This document shows, one piece after another, positions 19,301-28,109 of a DNA stretch of 64,000 bases (position 1 is its first letter; every line of letters begins with the position of its first letter). Under the pieces are notes generated by a model. The model was not told the origin of the DNA and searched no databases. It worked only from the letters and a program-made list of their open reading frames with translations. The DNA lies in assembly GCF_051105105.1 (NCBI RefSeq), contig NZ_CP185339.1; one strand, 5' to 3'. This stretch comes from Nannocystis pusilla (GTDB taxonomy: Bacteria > Myxococcota_A > Polyangia > Nannocystales > Nannocystaceae). Position numbers and translations under genes: made by a program.

Positions 19301-21637
19301 ACGACACCACCTGTCTCTGCGGACAGCTCCGAGCTCGAGCCCGAGCCGCCGGCCGCCGAGGCCGAGGCCGAATCCGACCCGCCCCAGCCGCCGCCGACCG
19401 CGAGCGGCGCGGCGAGTGAACCCGGCTTCGGAGACAACAACAGCGTCGCCAGCCGGCTGCGCAGCCGCGGCAACCGCGGGCGCGCCGTCATCACCCTGAA
19501 GAACCCGATCCGGCGCGACGATCCGGCGACCGTGACGCCGCTGCCGGTCCGCGCCGAGAGCTCCGCGCTCGTGCGGGCTCAGACGCTCGCCGACGAGCCG
19601 CCGCCCCCGCCCGACGAGCCGGAGTACGAGGACCTCACCGACGACCCCGAGGAGCTCGACAGTCCGCCGCCCCGCCGCGACGGCCCCGGCCTCGGCCTCG
19701 CGCCGGTCCCCGTGCCCCTCGGCCCCGAGAACGGCCAGGACAGCCCGCTCGTGGCCCGCTTCGCCGCGATGTTCACCAAGCCGCCGGTGCCGGCGGTGAC
19801 GATCGACCTGTCCGATCGGCCCAATACCTTCGGACATGCGCGATCGGACAGCCCCGAGGCGCCGCCGGCGAGCCCGCAGCCCGAGATGCCGGGCTGGATC
19901 GCCACCGCCGAGCCGTCGGGCATCGAGGACCCGCTGCCGGTGGCGGCGGCGCTGCGGTCGGCCGCAACCGCCGCCGAAGCCCGCGTCGACCACGATCCGG
20001 CGGCGACGCTGCCGGGCGCGCCGCGGGTCGTGCTCGAGGAGACCACGCGGTCATCCACATCCACGCGCGACGAGTTCGACGAGTGGCCGCGCGCCGCCTC
20101 CGACACCCCGACCATCCTCGACCTCTCGCCTCCGCCGACCCACGAGCCGCTGCTGGTCGAGACCCGCGCCGCGCCCGACGCCAAGACTGTCCTCGACCTC
20201 CCGCGGGTCGACTCCCCGGTCCCGCCCGAGACCCTGATCCCCAACCTCGTCGCCCCGCCCGGCATGCCCGGCGCGGGTCGCCGTCGCCGCGCCAACGAAC
20301 CGGCCGAGGACGAGCCGGTGCTGGTGATCCCGAAGACGCTGCGGCGCTCGGGCGGCCTCACCGCCACGCCGCACCCGATGGCCCGTCGCAGCGACCCCGA
20401 CGAGCTCGAAGGCGGCCCGACGCTGTCGATGCCGACCACTCTGATCGGCCCGCGCAGCGGCCGGCGCCGCGGCAAGCACGACCCGCGCCCCGACTCCTCG
20501 TCCAGCGCCCTGACCATGCCCCGGCTGGTGCGCGAGGCCGAGGCCGAGGCCGAGGAGGTTGCGGCCCAGTCGACCGCGGGAGGGGCCGTTCCTTCGGAAC
20601 ATGCCCCCGAGGACATGCCCCGGAAGACCGGTCCCCAAGCGCAGGTCGACGCGAGCGCGCCGGCCGGCGCCGCCGAGGCGAGCGGGTCCGTCGCGGCCTC
20701 GCCGGCCGACGCTCGCCCGGCCGCGGTCGAGCAGTCGACCGAGGAGCCGGCCGCGACCGCCGAGGTCGCCTCCGGCGCGGCGCTCGACGACCGCGAGATC
20801 GACGCGGTGATCGAGGACTTCTTGCAGAACCCGGCCGAGTGGACCAGCGTGTCGCGGCTGCGCGCGCTCGACGAGCGCGGCCTGGCCCGCCTGGCGGCGC
20901 GCTTTCCCGGCCCCATCGACCTCGCCAACGCGACCAACTTCCCGCCGCCGAGCGCTCACGGGCCGCTGCTGCGCGCCTGCGTCGAACTCGGCCACGCGGT
21001 CAGCCCGCACGTGCTCGCCCTGTTCGCCAGCGCACGGCCGCAGATCCGCTTCTACGCCGCGTTCCTGTTCCAGGAGCTGCGCGACCCGAAGTGCCTGCGG
21101 CCGCTCGGTGAGCTGGCGTTCGACTCCGACCCCGACGTGCGGCTGATCGCCACCCGCGTGCTCGAGTCCTACAGCCGCGTGCCCGACTTCGCGACGGTGG
21201 CCGCGGAGATCCGCGGCGAGCTCGAGAGCCCGGACCGCGACCGCCAGCTCCTCGCCGTCGAGGCCGCCGGCACCCTGCGCGACACCCTCGCGGTGCCGCG
21301 TCTCATCGACCTGCTGGCGGTCCGCGACAAGCACGTCCGCGAGGCGGCGCTCGAGGCCCTGTGCTCGATCACCGCCAAGCACCACGGCTACCGCGCCCAG
21401 CGCTGGCGGGCGTGGTACGCCGAGCACGGCCAGGAGCCGCGCATCGAGTGGGTCATCGACGGCCTGCGCCACCGCGACGAGGCCGTGCGCCGCTGGGCCG
21501 CCGACGAGCTGGCGCGGATCACCGGTCAGCGGATCCCGTTCCCGGCCGAGGGCGACCGCCGCAGCCGCGATCTGGCCCTGCGCGCCTGGCAGGCCTGGTG
21601 GGACAGCAACCGCGAGGACTTCACCGCCGGTAGCTGA
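16367..21637 (+). CDS. large multidomain protein of about 1750 aa: N-terminal MshEN (T2SS-E N-terminal-like) domain, long Pro/Ala/Asp-rich disordered repeats, a central GAF-like region and C-terminal HEAT/PBS-lyase repeats
   Basis: GTG at 16367 overlaps the RDD stop. The N-terminus LLRHLEANGPLSRADLEAATRRQQLAGGSLDTAILELGLMTPLQLDALL resembles the GspE-N/MshEN fold. The C-terminus (...DSDPDVRLIATRVLE...DRDRQLLAVEAAGTLRD...DKHVREAALEAL...DEAVRRWAADELARI) is HEAT-repeat-like. The 2156-aa ORF in the track is a GC-driven 5' over-extension through prmA, rsmE and the RDD gene. Confidence 0.7.
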   Translation: MSLLLRHLEANGPLSRADLEAATRRQQLAGGSLDTAILELGLMTPLQLDALLQSACGLPGAPVRLLERGPTRPWEHVPRDLVDIGWAMPLAQEDGRLIVAVHPDLPDAKLGQLYRMVRGFYPVVAPECCLAKIAVERTGSILAPRYALILLDYLEALRTASITISLVPGSAEARAGEPPVPADRQPAEAPVATDRQPTAARAEAAVPADRQTADAPDAAPVPADRQTADAPDAAPVPADRQPADARGADTTVPADRSHAEARPEPSGADTPVDARLADAPAGDRQAGDPDASLEPGAPARRTDAPPAAHGLEVEAGGPALGSSRPGGSVIGQVAAGRADAPVPADRSAADAKVDGAEASTAAGAVQADAADDGRTAAAPATGDGTTAGARPASLADALQADVPVPSDRQMAGPRPAAMSGPNTAARATGSPSGASPLSEAGSPRTGPEDAAATPPAPGDRPNESPAPALKDSRDEAIDADRARPANGPALAAGSSPAAPTPAGSTASDSDAHAPLAADELAADRAAASSPAPSASAPADATVPEDSKGEASPSPSVAGASAPVPAGSSASNASTRSFQLDTPSLAAAGRRTEPAPAPAAAASRQTAAYDSRAPEPDSAAAANRPSTRPSPVPVAPDAPLIDPGGFEDENASLAAMAIAPDTPLIILPPATTPRPVTPPLGVPIYSDTSSGNWDRRTLVGIPVGVAPSPAPAADKPAAAHGPSNGVARPTTAPGTPVPSASPVEPAPSPPVPSTSSLEAAPSAAEAGSDEDLVESSTRKPPALPQPMVMTLAQRLDAARATLATARERDRITEALVRAASLIAPRVALFGVKREGLRVLAAPGSALRMSEGLVIPLPEGGLLDRAVSGQGPLHLLIEPSLSFAVGQPLGIPCIFEPVLAGGRTVLMLYLDRSGVAFDPRERTVLRELCDTARQSLEALLRLLGWVVPGGTPGAGPADRTRPSIRPATPIVTVDEADPPGTTPPVSADSSELEPEPPAAEAEAESDPPQPPPTASGAASEPGFGDNNSVASRLRSRGNRGRAVITLKNPIRRDDPATVTPLPVRAESSALVRAQTLADEPPPPPDEPEYEDLTDDPEELDSPPPRRDGPGLGLAPVPVPLGPENGQDSPLVARFAAMFTKPPVPAVTIDLSDRPNTFGHARSDSPEAPPASPQPEMPGWIATAEPSGIEDPLPVAAALRSAATAAEARVDHDPAATLPGAPRVVLEETTRSSTSTRDEFDEWPRAASDTPTILDLSPPPTHEPLLVETRAAPDAKTVLDLPRVDSPVPPETLIPNLVAPPGMPGAGRRRRANEPAEDEPVLVIPKTLRRSGGLTATPHPMARRSDPDELEGGPTLSMPTTLIGPRSGRRRGKHDPRPDSSSSALTMPRLVREAEAEAEEVAAQSTAGGAVPSEHAPEDMPRKTGPQAQVDASAPAGAAEASGSVAASPADARPAAVEQSTEEPAATAEVASGAALDDREIDAVIEDFLQNPAEWTSVSRLRALDERGLARLAARFPGPIDLANATNFPPPSAHGPLLRACVELGHAVSPHVLALFASARPQIRFYAAFLFQELRDPKCLRPLGELAFDSDPDVRLIATRVLESYSRVPDFATVAAEIRGELESPDRDRQLLAVEAAGTLRDTLAVPRLIDLLAVRDKHVREAALEALCSITAKHHGYRAQRWRAWYAEHGQEPRIEWVIDGLRHRDEAVRRWAADELARITGQRIPFPAEGDRRSRDLALRAWQAWWDSNREDFTAGS
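16980..17069 (+). repeat. exact 45-bp tandem duplication (x2, plus a degenerate third copy) inside the giant gene; each unit carries the inverted repeat CTGTCC-CTGC-GGACAG
   Basis: ctgtccctgcggacaggcagacggccgacgcgcccgacgcggcgc occurs twice back to back, encoding PVPADRQTADAPDAA. Further CTGTCC-N4-GGACAG copies lie near 16902, 16935, 17396, 17583, 17995, 19308 and elsewhere. Confidence 0.85.
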
Positions 21638-21649
21638 GCGGCTGTCACT

Positions 21650-21707
21650 TCGGGCATGTCCTGAAAGACATGCCTGAATCGGCATGCTCATTCGGGCATG
21701 TCCTCTG
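21650..21707. repeat. tandem array of four units of about 14 bp of the same family
   Basis: cgggcatgtcctgaaa / gacatgcctgaatcg / gcatgctcattcgg / gcatgtcctctgg. It begins immediately after the giant gene's stop (21637). Confidence 0.8.
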
Positions 21708-22033
21708 GACCAGGCACCGCGGCGACCCGAGCGCGCGCGAGCGCGTGCTACCCGACACGGCCGCAGGCCCGGCCGTCCGGGCGCGGCCTTCGCCCGTGCC
21801 CATGACGGTTCCGGCCGCGACACCGCACCTGCGCCGCCCGAGCTCGCAAGGCCACGGCGCAGGCATGACCGTTCGGACATGCCCCATCGACCTCCCGCTC
21901 GCCCGCCGCAGCCATGACTGTTCGGACACGGCCTTTCGACCATCTCCCTTGTTCAACGCCGGCGACGGGCCCTCGCTGACCAGCGCGGAGGACATGGCCG
22001 ATGCGCCACGCCCTCGGAGCGCCTTCTCGCGGC

Positions 22034-22870
22034 TCAGAGGTCGTCGACGACCTTCACCTTGCCGGTCTTGGCCGGAGCGATCCGGCCCATCCGCACCGGC
22101 TCGGGCGGCGGCGGGGGCTCGACGACGGCGATGTCGCCCATCAGCGGCTGCGATTTGGGCGGCTCGACCACCTTCACCGGCGCCTGGCCCATCTGCGGCG
22201 GCGGCGGCGGGGCGAAGCCGGGCTGCGGATCGCACGGCTCCTTCACCTCCGGCATCGCCTCGCCCATCTTCGCGTGCTCGACCGGCGCCACCTTGCCCAT
22301 CAGCTCCTCGGTCGGCGGCGGCGGCGGCGGCTCGACGGCGATCGGCGCGGCGCCCATCACCTCGGGGACGGGCGGGACCGGCGGCGGCTGGGGCGGACGG
22401 ATTCGGGCCCCGAGGTCGACGACGTTCTTGCAGACCTCGTGACCCACCGGGAAGTGCATGGTGGTGAAGGGCCCGGTCTGGACCTCGCAACCGCCCTCGG
22501 GCGAGGGCTTGGCGTCGCGGGCCATCGCCTCGATGGCGATGTCGCCGATGTCCTGGATCGGCGGGCCGTCGCCGTGCGGGGCGCAGGCGGCCAGGAGCAT
22601 CGCCGCGAAGGCGGTGCGCACCGGGCGGAGGCGAGACAGCGGGACGGTGTCGCGAAACGCGATCTGGCCGTCTTCCTGGTTCGAGTAGCGGACGCACAGG
22701 TGCTCGCCCTTGTGCGCCTGCAGGAGATCGGTGGCCGCCTGCCGCGTCATCGCCGAGAGGTTGTGCACGTGTTTGGCGCAGACATCGCAGAAGCGGCGCT
22801 CCGCATCGCCGTGCATGGCGTCCCACGACTCGTGGCAGGGGCTCTTGATCTCGACGTTGCGACTGTGCAT
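22034..22870 (-). CDS. hypothetical protein with an N-terminal Cys/His zinc-binding motif and a Pro-rich MG-repeat C-terminus
   Basis: CHESWDAMHGDAERRFCDVCAKHVH, followed by repeated ...PPPP..MG.. units resembling a TonB-like spacer. Confidence 0.5.
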   Translation of the reverse strand: MHSRNVEIKSPCHESWDAMHGDAERRFCDVCAKHVHNLSAMTRQAATDLLQAHKGEHLCVRYSNQEDGQIAFRDTVPLSRLRPVRTAFAAMLLAACAPHGDGPPIQDIGDIAIEAMARDAKPSPEGGCEVQTGPFTTMHFPVGHEVCKNVVDLGARIRPPQPPPVPPVPEVMGAAPIAVEPPPPPPTEELMGKVAPVEHAKMGEAMPEVKEPCDPQPGFAPPPPPQMGQAPVKVVEPPKSQPLMGDIAVVEPPPPPEPVRMGRIAPAKTGKVKVVDDL

Positions 22871-22980
22871 GGCGGCGGGACAACGCGCGGGGTCGGGGCC
22901 GGGTCTCGTGCGAGAGCTCGGCGCAGCGCGTCGTGAGGACCAGCGTATCCCCCGTGCGAGAAGCTTGGTATAGGGCCGGC

Positions 22981-23976
22981 GTGCCCCATGTCCCTGCCCT
23001 CCTCGCGCGACTGCGCGACGAGCCGCGCTACCTCGCCGCGCTGGCAGCGCTGCTGGTCGACGAGGTCCTCGCCGCGCCGGCGCGCCGCTTCATCGATCCC
23101 GTAAGGCTGACCCCGCTGATCGTCACCGGCCTGCAAGCCGTCGCCGCCGCGCCCGGCCACGCGGCGTGGCTCGAGCAGCGCCTCCGCGACGCGCTGACAC
23201 GGATCCGTCCGCGACAGGGCACGCTGCGCGCGCGCTTGCCCGGCGATCTGCTGCCGCTGCTGCGCACCGTGGTCCGCCGGCCCTACACGCCGAGCCGCGC
23301 GCTCGTGCGAGCGGTCGTCGATCAGGCGACCGTGCGCGACCTGTCGCGCACGATCCTCCACACCACCCTGCTCGACTTCGCCAAGAAGGTCGGCTCGATC
23401 TTGCCGGACACCAGCAAGATCCCGGGCGCCGGCGTCACCTCGAAGCTGTTCGGCGTCGCCAAGGGCGTGGCCTCCGTGGTCGGGCTCGACGCTTCGGTCG
23501 AGGACCGCGTGCGCGGCTTCGTCGACGGGGCTGTCGGTCGCGTGATCGACATGATCGTCGACCGCGTCAGCGACCCCAAGCACGCCGGCGAGGGCGCGGC
23601 CTTCCGCACCGACGTGCTCGCCTCGCTGCTCGACCTGCCGGAGTCCGCCGTCCACGCCGAGCTCGTCAAGCTCGACCCGGCCGTGGTCGCGGCCGACGTC
23701 CAGGCCGCGCTGGTCGCCGTCGCCGCCTGGGACCGCCTACCGGCCGAGGTCGAGGCGGTGCTCACGGAGGCGGTCGCCGGCCTCGGCGACGTCACGGTCG
23801 GCGAGCTGCTGGCCGGATCGGGCGAGATCGAGGCGTGGCGCGGCGCGGTCGAGGCCGAGCTGCGCTACCACCTCGGCCACGGCCTCGCCGGCCCGCGCTT
23901 CGCCGCCTGGCTCGAGCACCTGGTCGCCGGGACATTGCCTGAAGAGCAGGTCCCTGGGGCCAGCAGCGCCGAGTGA
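22981..23976 (+). CDS. hypothetical protein
   Basis: Intact 330-aa ORF with protein-like composition and no recognisable motif. The GTG start is inferred. Confidence 0.45.
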   Translation: MPHVPALLARLRDEPRYLAALAALLVDEVLAAPARRFIDPVRLTPLIVTGLQAVAAAPGHAAWLEQRLRDALTRIRPRQGTLRARLPGDLLPLLRTVVRRPYTPSRALVRAVVDQATVRDLSRTILHTTLLDFAKKVGSILPDTSKIPGAGVTSKLFGVAKGVASVVGLDASVEDRVRGFVDGAVGRVIDMIVDRVSDPKHAGEGAAFRTDVLASLLDLPESAVHAELVKLDPAVVAADVQAALVAVAAWDRLPAEVEAVLTEAVAGLGDVTVGELLAGSGEIEAWRGAVEAELRYHLGHGLAGPRFAAWLEHLVAGTLPEEQVPGASSAE

Positions 23977-23983
23977 CCCGACA

Positions 23984-24015
23984 CCTGCGCTTCAGGACAT
24001 GCCCTGAAGCGCAGG
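23984..24015. terminator. perfect 13-bp-stem hairpin (cctgcgcttcagg-acatgc-cctgaagcgcagg) between convergent genes; candidate bidirectional intrinsic terminator lacking a U-tract
   Basis: It starts 8 nt after the stop of the 22981-23976 gene and ends 110 nt before the 3' end of the 24126 gene on the other strand. The loop and flanks contain the GGACATGCC motif. Confidence 0.45.
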
Positions 24016-24125
24016 TTCGCCTCCCAGCGCTCGGACCGCGACGCGCGGACGCGGACGGCCGCTCCCGCGAGCGCACGCACCCGGCAGCGCCCCGTCAGGC
24101 GCGGCGAACCTCGCGTCCGACCGGT

Positions 24126-26525
24126 TCACACCCCTGCCGCCTGCGCGACCTCGCCGAGCGGGCGGGCGCGGCCGATCGCCGGGTCGGCGGCGGCCAGATC
24201 CTCGTAGGCCTCCGGGTTGGCCTGCTTGAGCGCCCCGCCGGGGGCTTCGGCCGTGCCGATGAGCTCGCGGATGCCTCGCACCGACCCGTAGTAGTTGCCG
24301 TTGTTGTGGTCCTCGTCGCTGTTGCAGCGGCGGATCAGCGAGCGGGACAGCCGCGGCAGCTGCAGCATGTCGAGCGCCATCTCCCACAGGCCGTCGACGA
24401 AGTTCTGGTCGGCCGGGAACTCGAGCAGCCCGGCGAGCAACAGCAGCAGCCCGGCGCGCTGGCCGAGCGGCGTGTCGAGCGGCGGCGCGGCGGCGAGGTA
24501 ACCGAGGTCGATCGCCCGCCACCACGCCTCGGCGGCGACCAGCAGGCGCTTGAACTCCTGCGCGCTGTGGCTGAGGTGGCTGTGGAACAGCACGTCGGCA
24601 GTCAGCGCGTCGCCGGCCGGGTCGCGGACATAGCGGACCACCGCGGGCAAGCGGCCGAGATCCCCGCGCGGCCCCTTGCCGGCCGGCACGTCGCGCGGCG
24701 GCTCGGCGCCGCTGAAGAAGCCGCCAGCCCGGAACGCGTAGAGGATCTCGGCCTGGCCGGGCAAGCTGTCCCAAAGTTCAGAGTACTGCGTGACCCGGTT
24801 GAGGCTGCCGGCGGCCCAGCCGAGCCCGCGCGCCGCCTCGCCGCTGATCTGCGACGGCGACGCCCCCGGATCGCGCGGCACCGCCGAGTCCTTGAGGCTT
24901 TCGGCGATCTCGACCAGGCGGAAGTCGAGGAATCCGTCGTAGTAGTCGGCCTTGCCGTCGCGATTGATGTCCTGGTAGCGCGCCACCACCAGCGGATGGG
25001 CCGGGCCGATGAACTGCACGAAGTCGGGCGTGCGGCTCTGGCGGTGGTGCCACTGGGCCTTGCGGATCCGCCGGTCGATCGCCGCGAAGTCCTCCTCCTC
25101 GGCGAGGCCACGCAGGATCGCCACGAAGCAGTCGATGCCCTCCGAGGCCACCACCTTGTCGCCCTCGCCGGTGCGGAAGTAGGTCGAGTCCCAGCTCGAG
25201 AAGATGTCGGCGTCGGGGAACATGCGGGCGATGGCGAAGCGCGTGGTCAGCCCGGCGCACTGGCAGTTCATCATCAGCTTGTAGCCGACCTGCTGAGTCT
25301 GGATCGCCGAGGCGCGCATGTCGTAGGCGCCGAGGTTGGCGTGGCGGCTGACGAGCAGGCCGGTGAAGAACTCCTGCGACATCTCGAAGTTCTCGTCGCG
25401 CGGCGAGGCCGAGCGGGCGAACAGCAAGAACTCGCGCCCGCCCTTGCCGACGAACGGCGCCTGCAGCACCACGTAGCCCTCGCCCCACGGGTTCGGCGGC
25501 TTCGGCGTGCCCTCGGGCGCGACGATCTTGGTGAAGCCGTACTTCGTCTGCAGGAGCTCGACCTCGCCGGGGAAGAACTCGGACGCCGAGGCCAGGGCGA
25601 ACCGCCACGGCCCGGTCAGCGCCGCGTACGGCGGGGCCTGCCGCGACAGCGAGCGCAGCAGCGCCCGCGCGCGCGCCTGCTGCTCGGGTCGCAGGGCCGG
25701 GCCGCGCAGCGACAGCAACGAGATGGCGTGCGCGCGCAGCTCGCTGCGTCCGCCGGGCCCGGCCTCCTCGTCGATCAGCCGGAAGATGCGCCCGGCGGCC
25801 GCATCGGCGGCGGCGCGAAACTGAGGGTCCTTGAGCACCGTGGCGACCACGTGCGACAGCACCGTCAGCGCCGCCGAGCGCAGCTGCACCGCGTCGTCGA
25901 CCGCCCCGTGCGGGCCCGCGGGCGCCGCCGCAGTCAGCACCGCCTCGACCTGCTGCAGCAGCGCCCCCGCCTGCGCGGGCGTCAGCCGCTCGGTCCGCAG
26001 CGGCTCGTCGGGGAAGAACGCGCTCGGCGGGAACAGGCACTCGAAGCTCGACGTCCGCCGCGCGGAGATCCAGCGCGCCGCGGCGACGAACACCGGCAGC
26101 GACGACATGTCCCTCGGGGCAGGTCCAGCCGCGTCGCCCGCCAGCTCGCCGGACGACAGCAGGAACAGCGGAGCCGCGCCGTGGATGCCGGCGGTCAGGT
26201 CGAGCGCCGCCGCCTGCGGCTCCGGCGTGTCCCGAAGACCCTGTCCCGAGAGACCGGCGAGGCGCTGGCGGACCGCGCGGCGGCCGGGGAAGTCGAGCAG
26301 GATCTTGTGCCCGACCGACGACCGCAGCAGCGCCTTGTCGGCCGCCGAGGGCTCGGCGACGAGGGCGACGTGGTAGTCGCGCTCGCCGGCGAGGTGGATC
26401 TGCACGCCCGGGCCGCTGCGCGCGCGCTCGAAGCTGCGGGTGGCCGTGCTACCCGACTTGACCAGGACGGCGGCGAAACGCGTGGACGCGGCGCCACGCC
26501 CGATCCGAATCTCGATCTCCTTCAT
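24126..26525 (-). CDS. large hypothetical protein (about 800 aa)
   Basis: Intact ORF starting MKEIEIRIGRG. It has a complex, non-repetitive composition and no motif I can name. Confidence 0.55.
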   Translation of the reverse strand: MKEIEIRIGRGAASTRFAAVLVKSGSTATRSFERARSGPGVQIHLAGERDYHVALVAEPSAADKALLRSSVGHKILLDFPGRRAVRQRLAGLSGQGLRDTPEPQAAALDLTAGIHGAAPLFLLSSGELAGDAAGPAPRDMSSLPVFVAAARWISARRTSSFECLFPPSAFFPDEPLRTERLTPAQAGALLQQVEAVLTAAAPAGPHGAVDDAVQLRSAALTVLSHVVATVLKDPQFRAAADAAAGRIFRLIDEEAGPGGRSELRAHAISLLSLRGPALRPEQQARARALLRSLSRQAPPYAALTGPWRFALASASEFFPGEVELLQTKYGFTKIVAPEGTPKPPNPWGEGYVVLQAPFVGKGGREFLLFARSASPRDENFEMSQEFFTGLLVSRHANLGAYDMRASAIQTQQVGYKLMMNCQCAGLTTRFAIARMFPDADIFSSWDSTYFRTGEGDKVVASEGIDCFVAILRGLAEEEDFAAIDRRIRKAQWHHRQSRTPDFVQFIGPAHPLVVARYQDINRDGKADYYDGFLDFRLVEIAESLKDSAVPRDPGASPSQISGEAARGLGWAAGSLNRVTQYSELWDSLPGQAEILYAFRAGGFFSGAEPPRDVPAGKGPRGDLGRLPAVVRYVRDPAGDALTADVLFHSHLSHSAQEFKRLLVAAEAWWRAIDLGYLAAAPPLDTPLGQRAGLLLLLAGLLEFPADQNFVDGLWEMALDMLQLPRLSRSLIRRCNSDEDHNNGNYYGSVRGIRELIGTAEAPGGALKQANPEAYEDLAAADPAIGRARPLGEVAQAAGV

Positions 26526-26689
26526 CGCACCCTCCGAAGGCGCGAGCGTAACACGCTGCCGCAACGTCACCGGACGCGCGCTCCCACGCGCGCGGGCGCG
26601 GCGGCGCCGGCGAGACACGACATGTCCCTCGGGACAGCCATGGAGCTCGGTGAACCGTGGTCACGCGCCGCGGTTCGATGTTCTGCGCC

Positions 26690-28109
26690 CTACTTCAGCG
26701 CGCCGCGGTGCACGTGCGGCTCGGGTGGCACGGGAGGCATCCCCGTCTGCGGAGCGACGCGGTATTCGTTGAGGCGGTACTGAATCTTGCGCGGCGAGAT
26801 CCCGAGGATCTTCGCGGCCTTGCTCGTGCTGCCGCCGACGTGCTCGAGCGTCCGCAGGATCGCGTAGCGCTCGATCTCTCGCAGCGACGCGCCCGGGATC
26901 ACGGGCGCCGAGTCGTCGCCGCGCATCTTCGACATCAGCTCGCGCGGCAGGTCGCGCGGCTCGATCTCCGCCCCGCGGGCGAGCACCACCGCCCGCTCGA
27001 CGCTGTTCTCGAGCTGACGGATGTTGCCCGGCCAGTCGCACCCGAGCAGCACCCCGAGCGCTCGCTCGCTGAAGCCGACCATCGGTCGGTGCGCCTGGGC
27101 GGCGAACTGCCGCAGGAAGTGCATCGCCAGCAGCGGGATGTCGTCCCGGCGCTCGCGCAGCGAAGGCATGCGCAGGCTGACCACGTTGAGGCGGTAGTAC
27201 AGGTCCTCGCGCAGCTTGCTGCCCCTGGCCGCGCCGAGGTCCTGGCTGGTCGCCGCGAGCACGCGGACGTCGGCCTGCAGCGGCTCGCTGTCGCCGACGC
27301 GGCAGAACGTCCGGTCTTGCAGGAACCGCAGCAGCGCCGCCTGCACGCCCGCGGGCAGCTCGTCGACGTCGGCGAGGAAGAGCGTGCCGCCGTCGGCCTC
27401 GACGAGCCGGCCCTCGCGCAGCACCGCCTCGCCGTCGCGCACCCCGAACAGCTCGCGGGCGCACGCCTCGTCGGTGAAGCCGCTGCACTGCAGGCTGACG
27501 AACGGGCCGCGGCGGCCGCTCCACTGGTGGATCAGGCGCGCCAGATGTTGCTTGCCGGTGCCGCGCTCGCCGGTGACGAGCACCGACACCGGCGAGTCGG
27601 CGACCTGGCGCGCGAGGCCGAGGAGGTCGCGGAACACCTTCGACTGGCCGATGATGCCGGCGCGCTGGTCGGCGCGTTGACTCTCGAGCGCCGAGCGGAG
27701 GTGCCGGGCCTCGCGTTGCAGCGCCCGGTGTCGCAGGACCCGCTGCAGCACGATGAGCAGCTGCGGCAGGTCGACGGGCTTGCTGAGGTAATCGTCGGCG
27801 CCGAGGTGGAGCGCCTCGACGGCGCCCTCGACCGAGCCGAAGGCAGTCATCACAACGACCGCGACGTTCAGGGTAGAGTTCACGAAGTTTGGATATGAGC
27901 TCGAGGCCGTTGAGGCCGGGCATCTTGACGTCGGTGATGACGACATCCGGCTCCCACTGGTCGATGCGTCCGAGCGCCTTGTATCCGTCGGCGGCGGACT
28001 GGACCTCATAACCTTCCTCGCGCAGCAACTCGCTGAGTGCAGAGCGTGCGCTTGACTCGTCATCGACCACCAAAATTCGGGTCGGCCTGGTCTCTTCAAA
28101 TTTCGTCAT
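26690..28109 (-). CDS. sigma-54-dependent response regulator (NtrC family: REC, AAA+, HTH); frame broken by a GACGTTC heptamer at 27863-27869
   Basis: N-terminal REC domain (ILVVDDESS...VITDVKMPGLNGLELISKLRELYP), then in another frame AVVVMTAFGS...GERGTGKQ...GAFTGA-like ESELFGxxxGAFTGA region...and a C-terminal HTH. Deleting the heptamer gives a continuous ...ELYPAVVVMTAFGS... Confidence 0.8.
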
